Assembly (NCBI GenBank): GCA_947624315.1
Contig: CANQJU010000001.1
Location: forward strand, 1-41,818
DNA: 41,818 bases
Reading direction: 5' to 3'
Source: an uncultured Bacilli bacterium
GTDB taxonomy: Bacteria; Bacillota_I; Bacilli_A; ML615J-28; CAG-698
Part shown: in pieces, positions 34,600-41,818 of the stretch
Numbering within the stretch: the first letter of the stretch is position 1
How the letters are laid out: every line of letters begins with the position of its first letter
Program-made: the position numbers and the translations under genes
Notes under the pieces: model-generated
What the model was told of the DNA's origin: nothing
What the model saw: the letters and a program-made list of their open reading frames with translations, nothing else
Databases searched by the model: none

Positions 34600-35566
34600 A
34601 TGCCACCTTCAAAAAAATTGTTAAGCCCAAAACTAAAAAATCAAATAATAATGTTAAAACATCGCTAAATCGATACTTTAAAACATAAATAGATGTTCTA
34701 TCATTATCAGGAATATAGCCTCTAGCTTCCATCGCATCTGCTAAATCATAGGCTCTTTTATAAGAAATAATAAACATGGGAACGATTAAAGCAACAATTT
34801 GCCCAATTCTTTGTTTTAAGCTTCCTTCTTTAAAATCAGCTCCTCGAGATGCTTGCGCTTTTAAAATTTTATCAGCTTCTAAAGATAAAGTAGGAATAAA
34901 ACGAAGAGCAATGGAAATCATCATGCTTAAAATCGAGATTTTGATACCGATTTTCTTTAAAGGGCTAAGCAGCCTATCAAGTCCATTATTAAGTTCAGTA
35001 GGCTTTGTTGAAAAGGTCAAAAGAGAGGAAATAACCAAAACTCCTAAAAGGCGCAAAACAACATACGAACCCATTACTAAACCACGACTATATATATCAA
35101 TATGATAAGAAACAATATGGCCCCATATATTTGTATAGTATTGCAAAGCCATTAGGCCACCTAATACTATTAAAAAAATCAACAATTTAAAATACTTTAT
35201 ATATTTACTTACTAAAAGCCATAATAAAAGAGTCACAACAATAATCATTAAACTAAAATATGTCAATTGAAAATTAAAGGTTATTAATAAATCTCCATCT
35301 TTACGGAATAAGATTTGAATGATAAAAGTTAAAACCAAGACAAATGACATCATTTTAAAACTATTAATGAATTTTCCAATTGGAATACGTGTTGATATAA
35401 CAATAATAAACAAAATTCCTAAAAATCCTAAAAGAATATAAATACTATCAATTAGAAAAACACTTATCATCAATATTAATACACTGAGAAGTTTTGCTCG
35501 AGGATCAAGGCGATGAACCCATGAATTAATTGGATAGTATTGTCCAAAAACCATTTTATCATTCAT
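34589..35566 (-). CDS. ecfT: energy-coupling factor transporter transmembrane component EcfT, with an insertion of about 57 aa
   Basis: GQYYPINSWVHRLDPRAKL N-terminus, ALRFIPTL and the AMEARGY coupling-helix motifs. The start is set at the ATG at 35566, after GGTGA. Confidence 0.88.
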   Translation of the reverse strand: MNDKMVFGQYYPINSWVHRLDPRAKLLSVLILMISVFLIDSIYILLGFLGILFIIVISTRIPIGKFINSFKMMSFVLVLTFIIQILFRKDGDLLITFNFQLTYFSLMIIVVTLLLWLLVSKYIKYFKLLIFLIVLGGLMALQYYTNIWGHIVSYHIDIYSRGLVMGSYVVLRLLGVLVISSLLTFSTKPTELNNGLDRLLSPLKKIGIKISILSMMISIALRFIPTLSLEADKILKAQASRGADFKEGSLKQRIGQIVALIVPMFIISYKRAYDLADAMEARGYIPDNDRTSIYVLKYRFSDVLTLLFDFLVLGLTIFLKVAYAI

Positions 35567-36425
35567 GGCTATCACCTAAAACTCTTTTGAGCTCTAAAAA
35601 AGCATCTTCAATTGTATATTGATAAATATTAATGTCAATATTCAACTTTTCTTTGATTTCTTTTAAGATCTTAATAGAATTAGGATAATCTAAACTATGG
35701 GCTTTAATAAGCTCATCATTTTTAAATAGTTCATCCTTTTCTCCATCAAAAACCTTAATACCTTGATCTAAAACAATTACTCTTTTACATGCACTAGAAA
35801 CAACTTCCATATCATGAGTAATTATAATTATTGATTTATGCTCTTCTTCATTTAATTTCTTTAATAAATCTAAAAGTTCTTTTTTCCCTAAAGGATCAAG
35901 ACCAACAGTAGGCTCATCAAAAATTAAAACATTGGGATTACTTGCTAAAATACCAGCAATAGCTACTCTTCGCATTTGTCCGCCACTTAAAGCAAAAGGA
36001 CTTTCTTCAAACATGTCAGGGGAAATTCCCACCGTTTCTAAAGCCTTTTTTGCTAGCTCTTCACGATTAGCCATTTTAAAATTCTTAGGGCCAAACATTA
36101 CATCTTTTAAAATAGTTTCTTCAAACAATTGATATTCAGGAAATTGAAATACTAAACCAATTTGTTGACGAATGTTTTTGAGTTTTACTTTTTTCTTTCG
36201 GCTAACGACTTTACCAAAGATATCAACAACACCACTATTACAAACAAGTAAAGCATTTAATATTTGAGCTAGTGTACTTTTTCCACTTCCTGTATGGCCA
36301 ACAATAGCGATAAACTCATCCTTGCCTTCAATTTTTAAATCAATGTCTTTTAAAACGAAATGGTTAGTCTTTCTTTTCTTAACCGGTTCATAGGAAAAAT
36401 TCACTTGAGATAAGTTGATTGCCAT
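35559..36425 (-). CDS. ecfA2: ECF transporter ATPase EcfA2
   Basis: 288 aa with GHTGSGKST, LSGGQMRR and LIFDEPT. It is second in the ecfA1-ecfA2-ecfT order. Confidence 0.9.
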   Translation of the reverse strand: MAINLSQVNFSYEPVKKRKTNHFVLKDIDLKIEGKDEFIAIVGHTGSGKSTLAQILNALLVCNSGVVDIFGKVVSRKKKVKLKNIRQQIGLVFQFPEYQLFEETILKDVMFGPKNFKMANREELAKKALETVGISPDMFEESPFALSGGQMRRVAIAGILASNPNVLIFDEPTVGLDPLGKKELLDLLKKLNEEEHKSIIIITHDMEVVSSACKRVIVLDQGIKVFDGEKDELFKNDELIKAHSLDYPNSIKILKEIKEKLNIDINIYQYTIEDAFLELKRVLGDSHE

Positions 36426-37207
36426 AATATATTCTCTATCTCCTTTCCACGGTTAAGACCTTCTTTTTCAATCATTTCTATTAACTTCATATGATCTAAA
36501 ATATCCAAAGAAGATTCTTTCAATATTTCTTTTTGAGAAAAGACTTCTTCACATGTGCCATCTAAAACAATCTTTCCTTTATTCATAACGATAACTCTAT
36601 CGCTATCAAGAGCTTCATTTAAATTATGAGTAATATATATAATTGTTCTGTTGCCTTTTAATTTTCTAATTGCTTCATTTACTTCTTTTACTCCTTTAGG
36701 GTCAAGCATAGATGTTGCTTCATCAAAAATAATTATCTCGGGTTCACACGCTAAAACACCAGCAATCGCAACTCTTTGCTTTTGGCCACCGCTTAAATTC
36801 TCGGGATTCTTGTCAAGAAATTCTTTCATATTGACCATTTCGGAATATTTATCAATTCTTCTTAACATTTCTTCGCATTCAATCAAACGATTTTCAAGAC
36901 CGAAAGCAATATCATCTTTAACTGTTACTCCAACAAACTGGTTATCAGGATTTTGAAAAATAATTCCAAGCTTCAGTCTAACTTTATCAATAGTTTCCTC
37001 ATTCAAAACAGTTCCATCGATAATAGTTTTTCCGCTTTGAGCTTCTAAAAGACCAACAATTATTTTAGCTAAAGTGCTTTTCCCACTACCATTATGACCT
37101 AAAATACAAACAAATTGTCCTTTTTCAATCCTCAAAGAAACATTATCTAAAGCAATATTTTTTTTATTATATTTATATGTTACATTTTCTAATTCAATTA
37201 TGCTCAT
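36401..37207 (-). CDS. ecfA1: ECF transporter ATPase EcfA1
   Basis: GHNGSGKST, LSGGQKQR and IIFDEAT. The start is set at the ATG at 37207 (MSIIELENVTY), after GGTGA. Confidence 0.9.
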   Translation of the reverse strand: MSIIELENVTYKYNKKNIALDNVSLRIEKGQFVCILGHNGSGKSTLAKIIVGLLEAQSGKTIIDGTVLNEETIDKVRLKLGIIFQNPDNQFVGVTVKDDIAFGLENRLIECEEMLRRIDKYSEMVNMKEFLDKNPENLSGGQKQRVAIAGVLACEPEIIIFDEATSMLDPKGVKEVNEAIRKLKGNRTIIYITHNLNEALDSDRVIVMNKGKIVLDGTCEEVFSQKEILKESSLDILDHMKLIEMIEKEGLNRGKEIENILWQSTYLK

Positions 37208-37230
37208 ATAGTCACCATTCAACTTACAAT

Positions 37231-37259
37231 ATTTTAACATTTTTTATGCAAATATGCAA
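37231..37259 (-). promoter_or_regulatory. sigma-A promoter of the ecfA1-ecfA2-ecfT-truA operon
   Basis: On the minus strand, TTGCAT, a 17-nt spacer, then TGTTAAAAT (extended -10). Confidence 0.5.
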
Positions 37260-37287
37260 ACATTAAATATTTACTGCTTATATAACT

Positions 37288-37314
37288 AAAAATGATATGG
37301 TTTAACCATATCAC
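37288..37314 (-). terminator. intrinsic terminator ending the mini-lipoprotein unit (and any deacetylase read-through)
   Basis: On the minus strand, TGATATGG-TTAAA-CCATATCA followed by TTTTT. Confidence 0.6.
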
Positions 37315-37373
37315 CTTTAGTTAGAGACTATATATGCTATTTTTTAAGCATTGCGTTTAATTCATCTATATTA

Positions 37374-37487
37374 TCAAAAATCTTTAAATTGTTCTGCTTC
37401 TTCATATGGAGGTTTACTAATTGAAGGTTCCTCCTTTTTACATCCAGCAAAGACAACTAGCATCAAAAGACAAATAATCAAAAACAA
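37374..37487 (-). other. mini-lipoprotein-like ORF without a canonical start (possible gene remnant or a TTG-initiated small lipoprotein)
   Basis: My translation of the minus strand reads (TAA)-KKGLFLIICLLMLVVFAGC-KKEEPSISKPPYEEAEQFKDF-TGA. This is a lipoprotein signal peptide with lipobox FAGC. An in-frame TAA (37499-37497) sits immediately before the KK, so only TTG (37487 or 37481) or ATG (37463) could initiate. Confidence 0.3.
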
Positions 37488-37521
37488 ACCCTTCTTTTAA
37501 AAATCTCCAGTTGTTAGCATA

Positions 37522-37550
37522 ATTATGCAAAATTCTTTATGTTTTTTCAA
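37522..37550 (-). promoter_or_regulatory. sigma-A promoter in front of the mini-lipoprotein unit
   Basis: On the minus strand, TTGAAA, a 17-nt spacer, then TGCATAAT (extended -10). A GGAGA SD lies at 37508-37504. Confidence 0.4.
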
Positions 37551-37572
37551 GATTTTAAAAAATATATAATTT

Positions 37573-38652
37573 TTAGTAATATATTTTTCCATTTATAATT
37601 TTCTCTTCATTTAAAAAATCAAATAATTCCGAAACTGTTACAAATTCATATCCTTCTTCTTTAAGTGTACTTATAACTTTAATTAAAGCATTGCGCTTAT
37701 ATTTATAACTATCATGAAATAAAATTACTCCATTTTCTTTTGTTTCATTTAATACTTTATTATATATATCATCATCAGATTGATACTTCCAATCCAATGA
37801 ATCTGCACTCCAAAAAATAATAGGAATGTTAAGTGTATTTAATACCTCATTATTAACATTTCCATAGGGAAAACGAAACAAGTGAGGATAATATCCTAGT
37901 ATTTGATATACTAACTCTTGAGTCTCATTTATTTCTTTTAAAGCGAGTGAAAGAGAGATTTTTTTAAAGTCAGGATGAGAATATGAATGATTCCCAATTT
38001 CATGATTATGATTATCAATATATTTTAAATTATCAGGATAATCTTTTATATTGCAACCTAAAACAAAAAAAGTTGCTCTAACATCTAAATCATCTAAAAG
38101 ATCGACTAGTTCTTGAGTTTTTATGCTTGGACCATCATCAAAGGTTAAAGCTACTTTTTTACTATTTTTAGTGTTATCAATATATAAATAGTTATTATTT
38201 AATTCCAAAGAAAAGCAAGTTATTTCTTTATTATCATCTTTAGGAAATAAATAAACTACAATCCTATCATCTATAACTATAAAGTTAATAAAATAACTAT
38301 TTTGATATTTTCTAGTAATTTCATCATTTAAATTTACTTTTTTTAAAGTTTCTTTATCGTAATTGAAACTTTTAAATAAGCTTTGTTTATCATTTTGAAA
38401 TGTTAATAAATAACTAAAATAATTATCACTAATAAATCCTTGACATTTTATTCTTTGACAATTTTTAAAATATTTTAAAACATTATTTACTTCATCAAAA
38501 AGAATATCATCTAAATCATCAGAATAACTAACATAATCAAAATTAAGATTATCAACAGTTATGCTTTTTTTATATTCTTCTTTGTTTTCTTTTTTTAAGC
38601 ATAAACAACAAACAATTAAAATAATAATTAAAACTATCGACATTTTCTTCAT
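37573..38652 (-). CDS. polysaccharide deacetylase (NodB homology, CE4) with an N-terminal membrane anchor and an unassigned N-domain of about 160 aa
   Basis: ALTFDDGP, HSYSHP and LFRFPYG CE4 motifs in the C-terminal half. Hydrophobic N-terminus MKKMSIVLIIILIVCCLC. Confidence 0.85.
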   Translation of the reverse strand: MKKMSIVLIIILIVCCLCLKKENKEEYKKSITVDNLNFDYVSYSDDLDDILFDEVNNVLKYFKNCQRIKCQGFISDNYFSYLLTFQNDKQSLFKSFNYDKETLKKVNLNDEITRKYQNSYFINFIVIDDRIVVYLFPKDDNKEITCFSLELNNNYLYIDNTKNSKKVALTFDDGPSIKTQELVDLLDDLDVRATFFVLGCNIKDYPDNLKYIDNHNHEIGNHSYSHPDFKKISLSLALKEINETQELVYQILGYYPHLFRFPYGNVNNEVLNTLNIPIIFWSADSLDWKYQSDDDIYNKVLNETKENGVILFHDSYKYKRNALIKVISTLKEEGYEFVTVSELFDFLNEEKIINGKIYY

Positions 38653-38692
38653 ATTATTAATTTTTGTTGTTTTTTTAATAATATACTAATTA

Positions 38693-41023
38693 TTAATCAT
38701 TATTATTTCTTAATGCTTCTATTGGTTTTTTAAAACTTGCTAAAATAGTTGGTAAAAGCCCAGCAATTACTGTTAAAAGAATACTACCAAGTAAAATCAA
38801 AATTAAATAACTAATATCAAATTGAACAATTTGGAAGGTACTTAATCCTGTTGTTACTGAAGCATTTTCTTGGATAAGTTTTTTAACCATATTGCTTATT
38901 GGATTGCTTAAAATGAAAGATCCAATAATTCCTAAAACACCCGAAGAAAATCCTATTAACATTGTCTCGGCTACAAATATCCTTCCAACATCCGTTCTTC
39001 TAGCTCCTATGCTTCTTAAAATACCAATTTCTTTAGTTCTTTCAAGTACAGAAATATATGAAATAATACCAATCATTATTGATGATACTAGTAAAGAAAT
39101 TAAAGCAAATATAATTAAAACTCTACTTAAAATCTTAACGAATGTTGAAAACTCTTCAGTAATTCTTTTCATGTAATCACTATAACTAATATTAACAAAG
39201 CTTTCTTCATTAATATAATTATCAATGTAATCTTCAATTATTAAACGATCAGAAAAATTTTCTGTATAAATATATAATCTATTTCTTTGTTTTACTACTC
39301 CTAAATCATCTAAAAGAGATTCATATTGATATTGTGCAGTAGATGTATATGTTAAAGATGAATAATCTTCAAAAGGTGCACCAGTTAAAACATTCTTGCT
39401 CAATCCATATTCCAATTGTTCTTTAACAATATCACTTGCCATATTCATTTCATAAACATAATCGGTTAAAGCTTTAGTATAAAGGAAAGAAGTTGAATAG
39501 ATTTCACTTGTTGCTTGTGGTTTAATTCTTAATATACCAACAATATTTAAAGTTAATCCTTTTTCTTTGTACATATCTTCATAGTAACTGCTACCATAAG
39601 AAATATATCTACCATCTCTTTTAAAGAACAAATCATTATTAGTCATTAGTTTAAATTCTTTTTCCAAAACTTCTTCATAAGTCATAGTTGGTTGAGAATA
39701 GTCCATTCCCATATAACTCAATATACTTGCACTTATTCTATTGTAACTATCAACAACTAAAGCTATTTCATTTTTTTCTGTTGGAATATGACCTATTAAG
39801 ACATCATATTGACTAGAAACAATAGAAATATCATCAGTCATTTCTTGTAAGTAGCTTGTTGAAATCTTTTGATAATAATTGTTATTTTCAGACAATATTT
39901 CTAAATCAATTCTCGTATTATAGTTTACCCATGTATAAAGATTTTTATCTAGTTTATCAAAATAATCAAAGAATTCTTGTTCGATAACATTTAAATGTTC
40001 ATACTTTGTTTGTCCACGAACAATATTAATCTTTCCGTCATTTGGGAATTTTTCGTATGTTGGAGAACTGCTTGAACTATTATCAATAAGAACTCCCGAA
40101 GTTACTGTGATAGGATAACTTCCCAAAGCAACACGCTGAACATCATCAATATATCCATATACACCTGTAGCAACTGCAACAACTAAAGAAACACCAATAA
40201 TACCAATGCTTCCAGCTAAAATGGTTAATAATGTTCTTTTCCATTTTAATTTTAAGTTTTTAAAACTTAAAGATATAGCGGTAAAGAAAGGCATATGATG
40301 TGATTTGCCTTTTTCCTTTTTATTATTTTTTTCTTCAATCTTAACTGGAACATTTTTTTCATCAGATATAACTTTTCCATCAAACAAATTAATAATTCTT
40401 GTTGAATAAACTTTAGCAAGTTCTTGATTATGAGTTACCATAATAACTAAATAATCTTTAGATATTTCTTTTAATATATCTAAAATTTGTGTTGATGTAT
40501 GAGAATCAAGAGCTCCAGTTGGCTCATCAGCTAAAATAATTCTAGGATTATTAACTATAGCTCTAGCAATAGCTACTCTTTGTTGTTGACCACCACTTAA
40601 ATGTTTTGGCAACTTGTTTTGTTCATTTAGTAATCCTACTTTTTCTAACGCTTGTAAAGCCTTTTGATTTCTTTCTTTAGGTGATATCCCTGATAAAGTC
40701 AAACTCAATTCAACATTTTTTAATACACTTAAATGTTGAATCAAATTAAAGCTTTGGAAAACAAAACCTATATTTTCATTACGATATTGGTCCCAATCTT
40801 TTTCCTTATAATCTTTAGTATTTATTCCATCAATATATAATTCACCACTATCATATTTATCAAGTCCACCGATTATATTTAATAATGTTGTTTTCCCACA
40901 TCCTGATGGACCAAGTATTGATACAAATTCTTTATCATAGAACTTTAATGATACATCATTTAAAGCAATTAATTCATTTTTTGATGTTATATATTTTTTG
41001 TAAATATTTTTTAATTCAATCAT
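38693..41023 (-). CDS. fused ABC transporter ATPase plus MacB/FtsX-type permease with a large extracytoplasmic domain
   Basis: GPSGCGKTT, LSGGQQQR and ILADEPT at the N-terminus. One TM helix is followed by an extracytoplasmic region of about 340 aa and a C-terminal FtsX-type three-helix bundle. The start is set at the ATG at 41023 (MIELKNIYKKY), after GAGG. Confidence 0.85.
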   Translation of the reverse strand: MIELKNIYKKYITSKNELIALNDVSLKFYDKEFVSILGPSGCGKTTLLNIIGGLDKYDSGELYIDGINTKDYKEKDWDQYRNENIGFVFQSFNLIQHLSVLKNVELSLTLSGISPKERNQKALQALEKVGLLNEQNKLPKHLSGGQQQRVAIARAIVNNPRIILADEPTGALDSHTSTQILDILKEISKDYLVIMVTHNQELAKVYSTRIINLFDGKVISDEKNVPVKIEEKNNKKEKGKSHHMPFFTAISLSFKNLKLKWKRTLLTILAGSIGIIGVSLVVAVATGVYGYIDDVQRVALGSYPITVTSGVLIDNSSSSSPTYEKFPNDGKINIVRGQTKYEHLNVIEQEFFDYFDKLDKNLYTWVNYNTRIDLEILSENNNYYQKISTSYLQEMTDDISIVSSQYDVLIGHIPTEKNEIALVVDSYNRISASILSYMGMDYSQPTMTYEEVLEKEFKLMTNNDLFFKRDGRYISYGSSYYEDMYKEKGLTLNIVGILRIKPQATSEIYSTSFLYTKALTDYVYEMNMASDIVKEQLEYGLSKNVLTGAPFEDYSSLTYTSTAQYQYESLLDDLGVVKQRNRLYIYTENFSDRLIIEDYIDNYINEESFVNISYSDYMKRITEEFSTFVKILSRVLIIFALISLLVSSIMIGIISYISVLERTKEIGILRSIGARRTDVGRIFVAETMLIGFSSGVLGIIGSFILSNPISNMVKKLIQENASVTTGLSTFQIVQFDISYLILILLGSILLTVIAGLLPTILASFKKPIEALRNNND

Positions 41024-41054
41024 ATTTAACCTCTTCATTTTAAATCATAATAAT

Positions 41055-41083
41055 ATTATACAAATTTTTTTCTTTTTTAACAA
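41055..41083 (-). promoter_or_regulatory. sigma-A promoter of the fused ABC transporter gene
   Basis: On the minus strand, TTGTTA, a 17-nt spacer, then TGTATAAT. Confidence 0.45.
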
Positions 41084-41124
41084 CCTTTATAAACTAATTT
41101 TATATCATTATCTAGTATTTTGAT

Positions 41125-41164
41125 ATAAAAAAAGGCCTAATCACTTAGATTATTAACGGCCTTA
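41125..41164 (-). terminator. intrinsic terminator of the aquaporin gene
   Basis: On the minus strand, AAGGCC...TAATC/GATTA...GGCCTT followed by a T-run. Confidence 0.55.
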
Positions 41165-41170
41165 TTTTTA

Positions 41171-41818
41171 TTATTTATTTTCTTTACTAAAGAATTTGTG
41201 TAAAAGAGCAGCTAATCCTGAACCAGCTAATGGACCAACAATAAAGATCCAGATTTGTTTGATAGGTTCAAAATCGCCTTCAATCATTTGTAATAGAGCA
41301 GGTCCTAAAGAACGAGCAGGGTTTACAGATGTACCAGTTAATCTAATTCCTAGTAAATGAACTAAAGTTAAAGTTAATCCAATAACTAAACCAACTACTG
41401 CAGTATTTTCTGTTTTAGATGTTACACCTAAAATTGCAGTAACAAAAACAAATGTTAAAACAATTTCAGCAAGTAAAGCAATAAATAATGCTTTAGTCTC
41501 TCCATGAACTGCAACTAAACCAGGTTGAGCAACATTAGCACCTAAACTACGGAAACTACCTAAAATTAATCCTAAAACTAATGCTCCAATTGTTGCCCCA
41601 ACAATTTGACTACCAACATACATTAAGAACTCTTTGAAAGTCATTTTCTTGTTAATTAGCATAGCTAAAGAAACTGCGGGATTAATATGACATCCAGAAA
41701 TGTTTCCAATAGAATATGCCATAGCAACAATAACTAGTCCGAAAGCTAATGAAGTAGCAAGAATTTCTCCGCCATTTCCACAACCAACGGCAACAGCAAC
41801 ACCACATCCAAAAATAAC
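41171..41818 (-). CDS. aqpZ: MIP family aquaporin (AqpZ-like); the N-terminus runs off the window
   Basis: Two NPA boxes (HINPAVS, SVNPARS). The reading frame stays open upstream of the ORF-track Met (VIFGCGVAVAVGCGNGGEILATSLAFGLVIVAMAYS...), so the gene continues beyond 41818. Confidence 0.88.
   Translation of the reverse strand, partial: VIFGCGVAVAVGCGNGGEILATSLAFGLVIVAMAYSIGNISGCHINPAVSLAMLINKKMTFKEFLMYVGSQIVGATIGALVLGLILGSFRSLGANVAQPGLVAVHGETKALFIALLAEIVLTFVFVTAILGVTSKTENTAVVGLVIGLTLTLVHLLGIRLTGTSVNPARSLGPALLQMIEGDFEPIKQIWIFIVGPLAGSGLAALLHKFFSKENK

Noticed and set aside
34776-35105. 109-aa plus-strand ORF opposite ecfT, and the similar 101-aa ORF at 36651..36956 opposite ecfA1
   Set aside because: They are antisense to conserved ECF genes and have no translation signals, so I judged them spurious.
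37244-37260. Tandem TATGCAAA/TATGCAAA direct repeat upstream of ecfA1 as a regulator binding site
   Set aside because: It coincides with the -35 region of the predicted ecf promoter. It is short and AT-rich, and I know of no matching operator consensus.
2990-39176. Short ORFs antisense to long genes: 2990..3202, 13550..13741, 14594..14791, 16308..16511, 21450..21653, 23478..23711, 27784..28002, 28716..28940, 30901..31104, 33213..33398, 33444..33629, 35932..36132, 38892..39176
   Set aside because: Each is embedded opposite a well-supported conserved gene. Each has a low-complexity Leu/Ser/Ile/Phe-rich translation typical of antisense frames in AT-rich DNA, and none has a convincing RBS.
1-41818. 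Possible Mollicutes-type genetic code (TGA = Trp), given the very low GC and the Mollicutes-like ECF and fused-ABC features
   Set aside because: All long conserved genes are intact under table 11. Trp positions are encoded by TGG, and TGA terminates genes (for example trmB at 805-807). The serpin interruption is TAA, not TGA.
1-41818. Search for CRISPR arrays, tRNA or rRNA genes, transposases, integrases, phage genes and long direct or inverted repeats
   Set aside because: I recognised none. Every intergenic region longer than 100 bp is accounted for by promoters, terminators, the T-box leader, the sRNA candidate or the mini-lipoprotein unit.

Overview
This is a very AT-rich, densely coding chromosome segment from a Bacillota (Firmicutes) genome, with most genes on the minus strand. 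It is dominated by housekeeping genes. These are an M42 peptidase, trmB and pepV; T-box-controlled ileS; queH; tkt; uppP; coaX; efp; ispH; pyruvate:ferredoxin oxidoreductase; sdaA; the Bacillus-like tmk-holB-ricT-methyltransferase-rsmI cluster; a metal-type ABC pair; ecfA1-ecfA2-ecfT-truA; a fused MacB-type ABC transporter; and an aquaporin. An SspI homologue with a forespore-type promoter and a CotY/CotZ/ExsY-like cysteine-rich coat protein mark the organism as an endospore former. The standard code (table 11) applies, since TGA is used as a stop. I found no rRNA, tRNA, CRISPR array, transposase or integrase. I cannot point to a clear, self-contained novel multi-gene system. The features that ordinary annotation does not explain are listed here. 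(1) A small AT-rich two-gene islet encodes an unknown 140-aa protein translationally coupled to a signal-less serpin, which is split by a single in-frame TAA. (2) Two convergent spore-coat-type genes have overlapping stop codons, and each gene's terminator sits on the other gene's RBS and promoter. (3) A large surface metallophosphoesterase carries a non-LPXTG C-terminal sorting-like tail (GGCSCG, TM helix, KKR). (4) A promoter-to-terminator unit of about 80 nt looks like an sRNA with a CCUCCU loop. (5) A stand-alone promoter/terminator unit encodes a mini-lipoprotein that lacks a canonical start. (6) There is a membrane-anchored PTS EIIB-like domain without the catalytic Cys. (7) EcfT carries a two-helix insertion. 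All functional calls rest on motif recognition from memory, not on database searches.
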